This document shows, one piece after another, positions 13,901-28,364 of a DNA stretch of 64,000 nt (position 1 is its first letter; each line of letters begins with the position of its first letter). Both the position numbers and the translations under genes were made by a program. The notes beneath the pieces were generated by a model, which searched no databases, was not told the DNA's origin, and saw only the letters and a program-made list of their open reading frames with translations. The stretch comes from the human T2T-CHM13v2.0 reference genome, Homo sapiens. The DNA lies in the NCBI RefSeq assembly GCF_009914755.1, contig NC_060933.1, one strand, 5' to 3'.

Positions 13901-14971
13901 TATCGGGGGACCTGCCCCGATAATCACATAGGTTCTTTTCTATTTTCCTAAGTGTCGACTGGCTTGAGAAATAAAAGGACAGAGTACAAAAGAGAGAAAT
14001 TTTAAAGCTGGGCGTCCAGGGGGAGATATCACACATTGGTAGGATCTGTGATGCCCCACAAGCCACAAAAACCAGCAAGTTTTTATTAGGGATTTTCAAA
14101 AGGGGAGGGAGTGTGCGAATAGGTGTGGGTGACAGACATCAAGTACTTAACAGGGTAATAGAATATCACAAGGCAAGTGGAGGCAGGGCGAGATCACAGG
14201 ACCACAGGATGGAGGCGAAATTAAAATTGCTAATGAAGTTTCGGGCACCATTGTCATTGATAACATCTTATCAGGAGGCAGCGTTTTGAGATCAACCGGT
14301 CTGACCAAAATTTATTAGGTGGGAATTTCCTCTTCCTAATAAGCCTGGGAGCGCTATGGGAGACTGGAGTTTATTTCACCTCTGCAATCTCGACCATAAG
14401 AGACAGGTACGCCCCGGGGGGGCCAGTTCAGAGACCTACCCCTAGGTGCGCATTCTCTTTCTCAGGGACGTTCCGTGCTGAGAAAAAGAATTCAGCAATA
14501 TTTCTCCCATTTGCTTTTGAAAGAAGAGAAATATGGCTCTGTTCTGCCCGGCTCACCGGCGGTCAGAGTTTAAGGTTCTCTCTCTTATTCCCTGAACAAT
14601 TGCTGTTATCCTCTTCTTTTTTCAGGGTGCCCACGTTTCGTATTGCTCAGACACACATGCTGTACAATTTGTGTAGTTAACGCAATTATTACAAGGTCCT
14701 AGAACGATATACATCCTCCTCAACTGACAGGATTAAGAGATTAAAGTAAAGACAGGAATAGGAAATTACAAGGGTATTGATTGGGGAAGTGATAAGTGTC
14801 CATGAAATCTTTACAATTTATGTTTAGAGATTGCAGTAAAGACAGGCATAAGAAATTACAAAAGTATTAATTTGGGGAACTAATAAATGTCCATAAAATC
14901 TTCACAATCCACGTTCTTCTGCCATGGCTTCAGCCCGTCCCTCCATTTGGGGTCCCTGACTTCCCGCAACA
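13901..14971 (-). mobile_element. MER11 solo LTR (HERV-K HML-8; MER11C-like)
   Basis: Reverse complement starts TGTTGCGGGAAGTCAGGGACCC; 1071 bp; exact TSD CTGTCT (13895-13900, 14972-14977). Confidence 0.88.
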
Positions 14972-15490
14972 CTGTCTCTGTAGTAATTGTTTGCCTTCTT
15001 GCAATGTGGTGCTGCTGCCTCTCAGGCTTCCGCATGTCACCCAGAATGCAGCTCTATTCTCCAAACAGCGAACGATCCTTTCCATCTTCCAGGTATGGGG
15101 GAGGCCGGCAGCTCGCCCCTGAGCTCAACTGGCTGGCAGGGCTGATGGCTTCCCTCACACCATCCGCACTCCCAAGCCGTGTGCAAAGATCCAGCACGTT
15201 ATAGAAGGTTTAAACAAGGGTCCTTGAAGTAAAGTTTTCAGAACCAGTTGTCTGGCGAACAAACAGATGCCTGTTCCAACATTTGTGTGAGGATGGCTTG
15301 AAATTTTCATTGACAGCTGAAAATAGAGCCCTCATGTCCTATAGATTAATATAAAGGATGTGAGGGCTCTATTTATCCTCTAGCACATTCTAGACGGAAA
15401 CCAAGTTTCCCACTGTTAGTGGACAGAAGAAGAAAAGAGGGGAGATGGGCCAACTCCCGAAGTCTGCTCTATGCCAGACACAAGTTCTGA

Positions 15491-15861
<371 letters not shown>

Positions 15862-16454
15862 TTCTTAAATGATTTTATACACACCCATTTTCCCCCTTTT
15901 ACCTGTAAACTTTGAAATGAAGTTGAAAGGCCACCAGTGTCCATGACAGGTCCCTCTGCACACATGGTGGCATGGTTAGGAGATACATGAGCCTGTTCCC
16001 ACCCCAGGGTTTTTATTCTGTCATGCAGAGCCAAGTGAAGGATGCCGGTGACTATTGAAGCCTAAACAGAACAAACCCAGGAGCCCGGGGGGAAAAATGG
16101 CTTTATTCTCAGTATGAAAGGCAAGAGGACCTGATTGGGCAAGTGGTGGGCAGATTGCTGTCACGGCCCACTTCCGATGACATTAAACAACAAAACCCAG
16201 GAATGACTTTGGACCCTGCCTTTTTCGGATTTTGATTGGTGCCATCCTGGTTCTTCCATCCTGCCAGCCAGCCGGCACCCCAGCAGTTGTGGGAAAAGGA
16301 ATTTGACTTTGATTAACTGAGAAAAACTGTGCATGCGTTTTCTGTTTTTTCTGGAACTGTGAGGGTTTTCCTATGCCCCAGGGGCTCCCTCACAGCTGTC
16401 CTATCCCAAGCATTCCCGACAGGAATCTCCAGCTGGGTTGGAGTGACAGCTGGC

Positions 16455-16610
16455 TTCCAGCACCGCAGCTCCGCAACCCCTGCTGGCGTCTCCCGAGGCT
16501 CGCGCGCCCCTGGTGGGCGTGAGAAGAGGCGTCCCCGCGGCGGTCCGGCCTCAGGAGGCCCGTGGGAGGCAGAGTCAGTCCCGGGGATGACGCGCCCAGT
16601 GGGCTACGTT
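16455..16610. promoter_or_regulatory. Small CpG-rich patch with a CTCF-like motif
   Basis: Dense CpG in an AT-rich context; GCGCCCCTGGTGG at 16504-16516. Confidence 0.4.
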
Positions 16611-16800
16611 CAGGAAGTCATTTGATCATATGGGCAGAGCGAAGGTCAAGGCATAGTGGATAACAGAAACCAGAAATGAAAAAAATCTCTTTCACTCCCG
16701 CCTCCTAACTTTCATATTATGATCCTTACAGGGGAAAGGGTAGTCAGAAAGCCACGTAGGACTGTGGAGGGAGGGAAATCCCAGTCACGTCGTTTCAGTG

Positions 16801-17248
16801 TGTGAAAGGCAAAGGAAATTTCGGGCCCCCAATCACTATGCAAAAAGGAAAAAATTAAGATGGAAGCTGAGCCATGCAAGAAACAGCCTTTTCCTTCTAT
16901 TGCTAAGCAAATAGCTAACAGATGAAAGGCCAGATATCTCCACAGAGAGCTACACTAGGTTCACCTTTTATGTAAAGTACCGATTTACTGAGATGAATAC
17001 ATCACTGACTATTTTCCTACCTGCTCCTTTTCTCCTGCAATGCATGGATTATGCCATGTGACCATACCCTCCCTCTTTCGCCTCCACTTTTCCCCTTTAA
17101 ATACTGAAACCTTCAAAATATCTTTGCAGAAAGACACAGACCACAGGCTGTCTCTGTGATTGTGTGTTCCATTATTCCAGGCATGTTCTTAACCTTGGTA
17201 AAATAAACTTCTAAGTTGATTGAGACCTGTCTCAAAGACTGGTTTACA
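16801..17248 (+). mobile_element. MER4-group (ERV1) solo LTR
   Basis: TGTGAAAGG...AATAAACTT...TTTACA; 4-bp TSD AGTG (16797-16800, 17249-17252). Confidence 0.75.
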
Positions 17249-18054
17249 AGTGTGCATAGCACATCTGCAGGCAGGCATACATTTCTGAGGCATACTCGCT
17301 GAGATAGCTCCTTCCTTTCTCTGTCCCCCTCTTACTGACTGAATCTCATTTATGGCACTAACAGCAAAGCTGAAAGCCCCAGAAAAGATCTGGTTCACCC
17401 ATTCCAGATAGGCTGCTGGAAGGTCGTTTGAGGAAGAAAAATGGGTGCCTTCCATATTTCATGTTAACCCAATACTTTTTCCATCAAGGCAGCTGCAAAA
17501 GGATTAACATAGGTGGTCCTATTCCCTTTCCTAATTCATCCATTGAAAGCCACTGCTGGCCTGGAGTTTCATTTTCAATCCATCATGAATCTGCAGATGA
17601 ATCTGCAGCTATCCCAGGGCAATCTGACAGTCCAGCCAGCAGCTGAGGCTGGATGGCAAGTTCCTATCCTCTGAGCACACATTGCTAACGTGTGATCCGA
17701 GAAGACCCAGGAGAAGTCAACAGGGCCAACTGCCGGCAGGGTTGGTCCTTGGTGTAGAGGGACAAGCTGAACTGGCCTTAAGTAATGAGGCAGACAGCTT
17801 CCCAGTTTGGGGGGATGTCACGCACCTTGGCCTGTTGCTCCTATACCCTCGGAATAGCTCTCACACCTTCTTCTTCATGTTGGACATTCCTTTTACAAAA
17901 ACAGAAATCTCAAAGACAGATAAAGTTAAGAAGGTTAATCTCAGGTTAATCTCAAGGAGAGAAAAGGTATGCAAATACACCTCTGGGTGAGAAACACAGT
18001 AACTTAAATTTACCCTCGAATGAAAATGGCTGGTAACTATATAACTATATTAAC

Positions 18055-18290
18055 CAACATTTTTTGAGCCCTTTCTGTGTACCTGCTGCTGTTCTAAGAT
18101 TTTTATGCGTATAATCTCATTTAAACTCTATAGCAAACCAAAAGTAACTAAATATTCTTTTTCTTTGCATTTTTAGAGGAAAAAACTAAGCACAGAGAGG
18201 TAAATAACTTGCCCACAGTCACACAGCTGAGGACCAGTAGAATCAGGATCTAAATGCAGTGTCTGACCTAGAACATGGGCATGTATCCAC
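18055..18290 (-). mobile_element. MIR SINE
   Basis: Core AAACTAAGCACAGAGAGGTAAATAACTTGCCCACAGTCACACAGC. Confidence 0.7.
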
Positions 18291-20496
18291 CACCTTATAT
18301 TGCTTCTCTATGCAACCTGATGCCAGTTACTTGCTTAAAAGTAGGCTTCCGTAGCAGGAAGAGTTTCAAATGCAAAAAATGAGAGGGAGAACAACAGTGA
18401 CAGAGAGGTTGGAGGAGTTAAGCCTTCTCCAAGCTTCATCTCACTTTATAATTCTACCTTGGGGCAGCCCAGGACATAATGACCAATGTTCTGGGCAAAC
18501 TTCAGAGTGCGCCTACTTCCTTTTTAAGTCTCTGGTGAAACATCAAAGAATTCCTGCTGTGCTGCTTTATTGAAAGTAGATCTCAACTTAGTTATCTAGT
18601 GGACCCCCCAGCTTGAGTCTTCAGTCAAGTGAGCTTCTTGTAAGGTCTCAATCACCAGTGTTGTTTTTATTTTTGTCTCAGATCTATCAAGAATTCTCGG
18701 TGTGTTGGATGGCATTTAGACATGTAGGAAGGCAATATGGCTTCCCAGAAATGAAGCGTGATTCTGAGGCTATGTTTAAACATATCAAGTGGAGAATTGG
18801 GACATTTGTCCTAATACGTTTAGCTAAGTCATGATTTTCCTTCTGATATGCAGACTGAAACAGCAGCTGATTTGCTACTTGAATGCTTTGCATTCTCTGC
18901 TTCATTTTGCATGGACAGGGGTATTGGGCTGTTCTTCAGCATTGATTGACAGCCAGTTTGGCAAATGTGGTATGGTGGTTAACAGCATTGGTTCTAGAGC
19001 CAAACTGTGTGCTTTTCAGTTGTAGGTCCACCACTTCTTAGTTTGACTGTTGGTAAAATAACTCTTTCTGCCTCAATTTACACTATGTGAAAGGAAATAA
19101 TAATGGTACATGCTCCATGGGTTGTTGTAAAATTCTTATAAAGCCTACAAAATCATATCTGGCATGCAATTATTGCTGAATAAAGTTAGCCTTTATTATT
19201 TTGCATCTTACTGTGTGTACATAAAAACTATAGTAGATATATATCATACACACATATATACATCATGCATCATGACTTAGCCAAATTTATTAGAGCAAAT
19301 GTTTCAATTCTCCTCCTGATATATTTAAACACAGCCTCAGAATTACACTTCATTTCTGAGAAGTCATACTTTCTTCCTATGTGTCTAAATAATATCCAAC
19401 ACTCAGAATTCTTGATAGATCTTGACAGAACTCAGATTTAGATGCCAGTTCTATTCAGAATCAAACTACATATGCCTTTCACATTGTCACTTTTAATTCA
19501 TGGTTAAGAGCTTTTGAGAGTAACGTCAAAGGTACGTGACATCCTAAATCATAACTTTATCAAGGTTTGAGTTTAAATCGTGCTCATTATGAAGCCAGAA
19601 TGGGTGAGTAATTCACATAACAAGTGTGTGAGCCTGGTTAACTACCCCATGTCTGCATTTCAAATCAGTTTTGGTAATCTTACATATTACATAATTTTAT
19701 TTAATCTTCAAACTAATTTCATTATTTCTTTTCTTTACAAATGAGCCAATTATGCACTATAACAGTGGTGTTAATTAAGGCTTTCTCAGTTACAGGTAAC
19801 AGAACCACAATCAAATTAGTTTAAGCAAAAGTGGGCACTTACCACGTAACTGGGAAAGATAGTAGATTGGTACACCTTCAGGTACAGCTAGATTCAGGTG
19901 CCCAAACAGTGTTCTCAGAGTTCTGGCTCTTCCTTTTGTGTTGTTTCCTCTCTTTGTGTATTTATTTCATTCCAAGGTAGATCTTCAAGGAGAGGAATTT
20001 ATGAGGTCCACAGACCGATAGATTGAGATTTAAAAAGAAGACTAACCCTTTTCTTCTCCAAATGTTCAGGTATATGTGGCAGTACAGGGTATCATGATTG
20101 GCTTAGTCTGAGCCATGTGCTGGCCCCATAGAAATAATTATATCCATTAGGATCATGTTTTCTGTGAATGCCAGACATTCAAAATAATAGCGACTTAAAG
20201 TAGAAGTTTATTTCTCTAACACAGATAAGCAGCCCAAGACTGGTGTGGCAGCCTGGCTCGGTGCAGTCCTCAGAAATCCAGATACTTTCTATTTTTTTAA
20301 TCTGCTTTTGCCAAGGTCACCACGTGGCCCCATTTGGCAGCTCTCACTCTGGCCATTACATCCCCTTATCAGTCATTAGGATAGAAGAAGGGACTACAGG
20401 TGTGCACCAAGACTCCTTTAGGAAAGGTTCCCAGAAGCTCACATGCAACATTCCTTCTTCCATTCCACTGGCCTGAATTTGATCACACTACCTCAC

Positions 20497-20866
20497 TGTA
20501 TCAGTCTGCTTTCACGCTGCTATAAAGAACTACCTGAGACTGGGTAATTTATAAAGGAAAGAGGTTTAATTGACTAGCAATTCTGCAAGGCTGGGGAAGC
20601 CTCAGGAAACTTACAATCATAGTGGAAAGCAAAGCGGAAGCAAGGCACGTCTTACATGGTAGCAAGACTTGAAAAGTGAGAGAACAAGGAGGTGTGCCAC
20701 ACTTTAAAACCATCAGCTTTCATGAGAACTCACTCACTATCACAAGAACAGCATGGGGGAAGCCACCCCCATGATCCAATAACCTCTCACCAGTTCCCTC
20801 CCTCCACACGTGGGGATTACAATTCAAGATGAGATTTGGGTGGGGACACAGAGACAAACCATATCA
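20497..20866 (-). mobile_element. MST/THE1-family MaLR LTR
   Basis: TGTATCAGTCTG...GAGATTTGGGTGGGGACACAGAGACAAACCATATCA. Confidence 0.8.
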
Positions 20867-21303
20867 CCCATCTACCTGCAAAGGAAGCAGGAGAAGGTAA
20901 ACTAGACTCTGAGTAGCCATTTGACCAGTTGGAGTTTGGGGATTCTATTACTGAGAAAAGAAGAATGGATGTTGGTGACCATTTTTGTTGGGGGCTGATA
21001 TCTGAACATCTCCTCTGCCTCCTGCTCTCTTCTCATACCTTTCTTATGACCCCATTTTTCTATTCTCCTTTTATTCTCTTGACCAGATAGGATCTTTAAA
21101 TGTTTTTAATGATTTTCATTGAGCTGGTGAGCCACACATGGGTCAATTTGTCCTAAATTTGTCTAGGCCCTGAGGGATGCTGTGACCCAGATGAGGCCCA
21201 TGTCTCAATCCATTCTGGGATTCCAGGACTAGTCCTTGGTAAAATTGTGGAAGGCAAAGAGAGATGGGTCTTGTCTTTACTCTGATATCACTGTTAGCTG
21301 CAA

Positions 21304-21308
<5 letters not shown>

Positions 21309-21353
<45 letters not shown>
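21309..21353 (+). repeat. (CA)n microsatellite, ~22 units
   Basis: Read directly. Confidence 0.97.
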
Positions 21354-21354
<1 letters not shown>

Positions 21355-22383
21355 CCTGTTAGGCTGCCTTACCCATATCAAATCTTTCCTATCATATTTT
21401 TTCACATCAGTACTCATTAGAGGTCACTGGCACCTGACTCCATTATCTCCCATCCCCCATTCATTAGGGTTTTCAAGAGTCTGCTAAATGACACTCACAG
21501 CTACAGGATAACTATAAATCTTTTCAAACTTTTCTTTGCTTAGAGACTTTTGAAAAACATACTTATATTAAAATTGGCATAAGAAAGATGTTTTAGCCAT
21601 ATTTATAAACATATAGAAATTTGAGTAGGTGACAAATCATCCATAAACCTGATATCCCTAATAAGGGAAACCAAGTAAAAAAGACCTTTACATAGTGTTC
21701 AATATGGATTTGCCTATATTTTATAGCACCTTCCAAACCTCTAATCTTATTAAGGTTTTCTGTAGTCAAACAAGAATAATAGATTCTGCTATTAAGTGGC
21801 TCTGTGACCTGCCTAAGGCACTTAGCCTCTCCAGAATTGCCTCAGTTTACCCAAATACAAGAGGTGGACTTCAGAATCTCTAAAAATTTCATCAAGCCAT
21901 AAAACAGATGATATAATTCATGAGAAAGGAGGAGCTCAAGAAGGGAAGGTGTGAGATCATCTGTAATTTGCTTGTAAATGTCTCCATATAGGTATTACAC
22001 TGTATACAGCCTGCAGGGGGACTATAATCCACACCCTGGGGGAGGTTAAATAGTATGCAAAGTATTCTGAAAAGGAATACACACTCCAATAGCAGTTAGT
22101 TAGTATTTGAAAGATCCTAATCAAAAGTCTCTACTGGAGAAATATCTGTTGCAAAACTTTAAATATTTCTATAACAAGCTATACCAGAGGGTTTGTTATT
22201 AGTATAAAGGATGCTTAAAATAATTTTTGCATTGGTTAAATACAATTATCAAGATAGCTATAGGTACAATACTTTGGCAGGCCCAGTGAACTAACTTTTG
22301 GGGTAGAACCTTTGACTAGAACTCTATTTGGTCCTAGTTTTCACTCACTTAATACAAGTTTTCATTGGCTCATCCAACTAGAG

Positions 22384-22596
22384 CAGTGATTCCCAATCAG
22401 TAATGATTTTGCCCCTTGGGGGACATTTGTCAATGTCTTAGAGATTTGGGATTGTCACTACTGGGGAAGTGTGCTATGAGCATAAAGTAAGTAGAGGCCA
22501 GGGATGCCACTAAACATATCACAATGCAGAGAACAGCCCTCACAGAAAAGAATATCCAGCTCAAAATATCACCAGGGCTGAGGTTCAGAAACCCTA
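22384..22596. mobile_element. MER20 hAT DNA transposon
   Basis: CAGTGATTCCCAA...GATTTTGCCCC...GGGACATTTG...GAGGTTCAGAAACCCT. Confidence 0.8.
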
Positions 22597-22760
22597 GGGT
22601 AGAGAGTTGACTGATCCTGGCCTTCAGATTATTTGAATGCATGTGTGTAGAATGAACCTTTAATCCAAGAGGCTTGGTGGTGGAGCACTTAAAAGGACAG
22701 AGCAGAGACTTCCCTACACATACAAAACAGGTTGGATGGCTATTTGTGGGTTTGTTGGTT

Positions 22761-23806
22761 TATCGGGGGAACCAGACTCCAATATTTCAATGCAAGTTCT
22801 TTCTATTTTCCCTAAGTGTTGGCTGGTCTGAGAAATAAAGAGAAAGAGCACAAAGGAGGAATTTTACAGCTGGGCCTCTGGGGGTAACATCACATATTGG
22901 GAGGTCCGTTATGTCCCCTGAGCCACAAAACCAGTAAGTTTTTATTAGGATTTTAAAAGCGGAGGGGGTGTACAAACAAAGAGAAGGTCACAAAGATCAC
23001 ATGCTTCAAAGGGCAATAAAGATCACAAGGCAAAGGCAAAATTAGAATTACTGATGAGGATCTATGTCCCACTGTGCACATACTGTCTTAATAAACATCT
23101 TAACAGAAAACAGGGTTCGAGAGCAGAGAACCAGTTTGACCAAAATTTACCAGGCTGGAATTTTCCAATCCTAGTAAGCCTGAGGGTACTGCAGGAGACC
23201 AGGGAATATTTCAGTCCTCATCTCAACCACATAAGACAGACACTTCCAGAGCGGCCATTTATAGACCTCCCCCCAGGAATGCATTCCTTCCCCAAGGTAT
23301 TCCTTGCTGGGAAAAGAATTCAGCAATATCTCTCCTACTTGCACATCTGTTTATATGCTCTCTGCAAGAAGAAAAATACAGTTCTATTCTGCCTGACCCT
23401 GCAGGCAGTCAGACCTTATGGTTATCTTCCCTTGTTCCCTGAAAATCGCTGTTATTCTGTTCTTTTTCAAGGTGCACTGATTTCACATTGTTCAAACACA
23501 CATGTTTTACAATCTATTTGTACAATAGTGGTCCTGAGGTGACATACATTCTCAGCTTATGAAGATAACGGGATTAAGAGAGTAAAGACAGACATAAGAA
23601 ATTATAAGACTATTATTAGGGAAGTGATAAATGTCCATGAAATCTTCACAATTTATGTTCAGAGACTGCAGTAAAGACAGGCATAAGAAATTATAAAAGT
23701 AGCAATTTTGGGAACTGATACATGGCCATGAAATCTTCACAACTGATGTTCTTCTGCCGCAGCTCCAGCTGGTCCCTCCGTTCAGAGTCCCTGACTTCCC
23801 ACAACA
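22761..23806 (-). mobile_element. MER11 solo LTR (MER11A-like)
   Basis: Same termini as the first MER11; TSD TTGGTT/ATGGTT with one mismatch. Confidence 0.85.
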
Positions 23807-25130
23807 ATGGTTAACAAATATGAATGTGTAGCAGAATTTAGTTCAAATCTTGATTCATTTTAACATAATCAGAGAGGGGGTTAGAGTTCCCATCCACTTC
23901 TAATTATCAGAGGCTCCAGATATTACTGAAAGAACCTGACATTTGTGAATGGCCAGATTGGCTCAGCTCAGTTCACAGAAGGAAAGGATGCAGATGGGGA
24001 TGTATCAAGGATATGGTGTGGGAAGCATGAGACATTTTCAAAATTTCAAGCCACTATGACTTATTCCCACTATGTAAGATTAAAGAAGTCAGACACTCAG
24101 ATTCAGGGAGGATTTCCCACATTTTTCATGTTGCTCATCTAAATCCCAAATTCCATACTGCCTAGAGATTATGAAATGCTTAATTTCTACCCACTCCCCA
24201 TCCTACATGCCCACTTTGCCATCACCATCCCAACACCTCAAAAGAATAAAGTATCTGCTAGTCCTCCTGGAATGATTGAGGGTTTGGGCTCAAAGAAAAG
24301 CTGAATACCATGTCAGATTTATGGTGAGCCAGATCATTAATCAACTGAGGTGACCATTAATCACCAAAAGTGATAAAGATAGATAGTAGGCATGGTACTG
24401 GTTGAGAATCTAGAGAGAAATAAATATCAAAATGCTTTACCCTCATTCTGGTACCTCCTTATCATTATTTTGACCTAGCAGTTTTAACTTGCAGTACTAG
24501 ATGAAAATACTAGGTTATCTTTGAAATTTGAGCTTCTGCTTCTTCCAGAGAGAAACTCATATATTTAAGAAATGTTGTCATTGGTTTGGGCTAGGGACCT
24601 TTCCATGTGAGACAGACCACAGCATGTTCCTTTTAATAAAACCAAAGGACAATAACAGCAGCAGCAGCAACAAAGCCTAGAGTTCACTTCTGAGGTCAGA
24701 TACTCAGCAGAGTGTTAAGGGCATAGCTTTCTTTAGGCCTAACTATGAGGTTAGTGGAGGGTTTGCAGGACTGTGAAGCACAGCGAGAAACAAAGCTGGA
24801 ATCCATTTCCAATCTGGACTTTGGAGATAATACAACTGGGCTGGTGACAGGATAGCTTCCTATCTAGTCTGAACATTGAATAGTAATATTTTCATACATA
24901 TTAAACTCTAAGATAGGTTCATATTCATTATCCCATTGTATTACTCTGCTACTCTGTAAGTAGTAAAGTCATGTGGAAGGAGATAGTCAGCTATTATTTC
25001 CATTTGACAAGTTAGTAAACTAAGATCAAGAGCTTAAATGATTTCTTACTAAAATTACCCAGCCAGCTGGATGGGCAATCCAAGCCTGCAGCCAGGATGC
25101 TTGGCTTCCAGACTTGTTTTCTATCCACTA

Positions 25131-25547
25131 GAGCAGTGGTTCTCAAGGTGTCTGTGAGGTGGGGGTTGTGGGGGAGTCAGTAGCAGTAGCAGCATGGCCT
25201 GAGAACTTATTAGATTCTGGCACATTCTTATACCTTGTTAGATCCTGGCACATTTAAGAATGTACATTCTTAGATCTCACCCTAGATCTACTGACCCAGT
25301 TTCTACAGAGGACAGGAAGATGTCAAGGTGGGAAGCCCTCCACATGCCATCACATGCATGGTCTGGGAACATCTGCATGAGGGAATCTCCCTGGTCCTCT
25401 TGGGTTGTGGTGACTTACGGAAGCTCTTGGGAGGGACCTGGAGGCTCTACTGAAAGTGGAGGTTTGTAAAGTGTGGGGCCCTGTAATCTGTTTTAATCAG
25501 TCCTCCCTGGGATACAGATGCACCTCAAGTTTGAGAGGTATTGCCCT
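25131..25547. mobile_element. MER5A-like element interrupted by a 173-bp templated insert (25299-25471)
   Basis: CAGTGGTTCTCAA...CTACTGACCCAG | insert | TGTGGGGCCC...AAGTTTGAGA. Confidence 0.7.
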
Positions 25548-27634
25548 CAGGGGTGCTGTTTTCACTTGCTACAAATTGTTCTCATACCTTTGCATTAAAG
25601 AAACTCTTGTTAATCTCTCATTTTGTTTCCAGTGCATTTTAACTCTACAAAATTGTCATAAAGTCTCTACTTAGGAAACCTTATAACTTAAAGGACCACT
25701 CAGAATCCTTAAAATATTTTTGTTTGTTAAATTTCCTGAGCTGACTCATTGCTGATTGGGTATAGAAACTTTAGCTTTTTTTTTTTTTTTTTTTTTTTCA
25801 CTTGATCTATCTTGGAACTTCCTTGCCCCAGCTAGATTTTTATCTCCTTAGGAACTATGGAAAGAAAGCATATCTAAAAATACTTCTTTAAAGTTCTCTG
25901 ATACCTTCTGTTTGTTAATATGATAATGTTGTACATAAATAGCTATAAAATATACTGTTAAACTTAAAAGATCTGGGAAAGAGCTTTTGAACACCCCCAA
26001 CCTTCAACACACACATGCACACCCACACGTACATACAATACCAGATACAAAGAAGGTGCTAACTCAATATTTATTAAATTTATTAAAGGGCTTCTCTTAG
26101 AATCTCAGAGGAAAGCAAATGCTGTGAAGCCGGGCTGCCTGGAAGTACCTTTATTTGAAATCTTTAACAAGATCTTAAAAGAGTAATGACAGTACTGTGT
26201 CTAATGAAAAATGAGTATTTGATTCTAACATATTCAACATAAGAATTTCATAATATATATTTGATCTGCAATATAAATGAGAGTTTCTATATCTTATTCA
26301 TTCATTTATTGTTTTATTCATTCAACCATTGTTGAGTGCCCACAATGTGCCAGCCATGCATCTAGGCACGTGGCCAGCATGGTCAATAACAACATGTGCC
26401 TGCCTTCATGGGGCTTACAGTCTATAGGAAAGACAGTCAATCAAACAAGTGGTTTACAATGAAGTATGATGAATGTTGTCACAGGACACACTAGATACAT
26501 TAGGAGCACATAGCAGAGTAACAGAATTATGTGGGGCAGAAAGATGACAAGGGTCACACATGGGGCTGGAGGCCTTAGACCTTGGAGGTCCTATCCAAAG
26601 CAAGGCTGACAAAAAAGCTGCCCCAAACTGCACTGACCATTGGAAGGTAAGGCCTGCATGGAGGAGGTGCTGCTGTGGTCTGGCCAATGCCAACAGGCAG
26701 GTCACTTCCTTGGCCTTTGGGAAAGGATGGCAATGATGGAGAAGGTCAAGAAGATCACACCAGCCGTGCCTCCAATCACCATGCCCAGGACGCTGCCGTG
26801 CAACTGCATGGCCTGACAGCGCTCCCATTTAGAAGAAAGCATGTCCAGAGATGCACCTGAGGGAAAAGGACATGAAGAGAGTGTGGGAACTCCCAGGCCT
26901 CAGGTGCCTCCTAGCAACACTCATCTCCACAGCAATAAAAATGGCAAACGCTCACTGAGCAGGTCCACGTGGTGCCTGGTCCCATTTCAAGTGCTGTATA
27001 TGGACCAACTAATTTAACCCTTCAACAACTTTTGAGGTGGAGGCTATTACTTGGCCATTCTCATCATCTTCATCTTACAGGAAGTTTAAATAATTTGCTC
27101 AAGGTCCCATTGTTAGTAAGCATTTCACACTTGAAATCTAATCCCAAGAGGTATGCCTCCAGATCCAGGCTTCTCAGCCACCTAGGATTCAGGAGGATGG
27201 TCTGAGACACTTAAAGGAATACATTGCCTGACACTGGCTAAGAATACAAGCTACAAAGGAAATTCCCCAGATACAGTCTGACTTAGAGCATCAGTGGTAG
27301 CTTGAAAACGTCTAAATAATATTAAATAAAATGTTACTGTAAGGTTAGTGTGTACTGTCACTATCTCACAAGGTTGCCCTGAAGTTCACCTGAGATAATG
27401 AGGACACTGTACCTATCAAGGTATTTGACACAGAGTAAGCACATAATGGCCAGCCCTTAGTTTTGTTTCTTAATGTTATCTGGTATAAAGACGAATTAAT
27501 CTCATAACCAAGGCATATAACTTGTAGTGTCTCATCCATACCTTTGTAAAAATTCCAGCCTTTGTTTCAAACATTCCCACTAGAAGGTCTACTCAGCAGA
27601 ATTCTACAAGGCAGAGTGAAACAATCAGAAGTCA

Positions 27635-28008
<374 letters not shown>

Positions 28009-28364
28009 TTACCTTCCAAGTCCTCATCTCTATCCTGAGAATTGACTTCTTAGAAATCAGTGAGTAATAGCAAGTTTATTTCATTTTTTTTCTGACCCAG
28101 TCCCCTCCAAACACAACTTCGTAATATCCCCTACTGTTATCTTAGAAAAACTTATTCTGCCAACTCTCAGCTGCAGGTTTCTAGGAGAGGAATAGTTTGG
28201 CTGAGTAGAGGCTGACATACAAGTGGCAACCCTGGCCTCCCTTAGCCTGGGAAGGATGAAGCGTGTTGGGGGCACACAATGGAATCTGGCATCTAAGGAC
28301 CTGTCAGGCAAAGATATGAAGACCCATGGCTTTGGAGCCCAGAAACAGATGGGCCTTCCCCAGT

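Noticed and set aside
23054-23542. 162-aa ORF
   Set aside because: Lies entirely within a MER11 LTR, antisense; chance ORF
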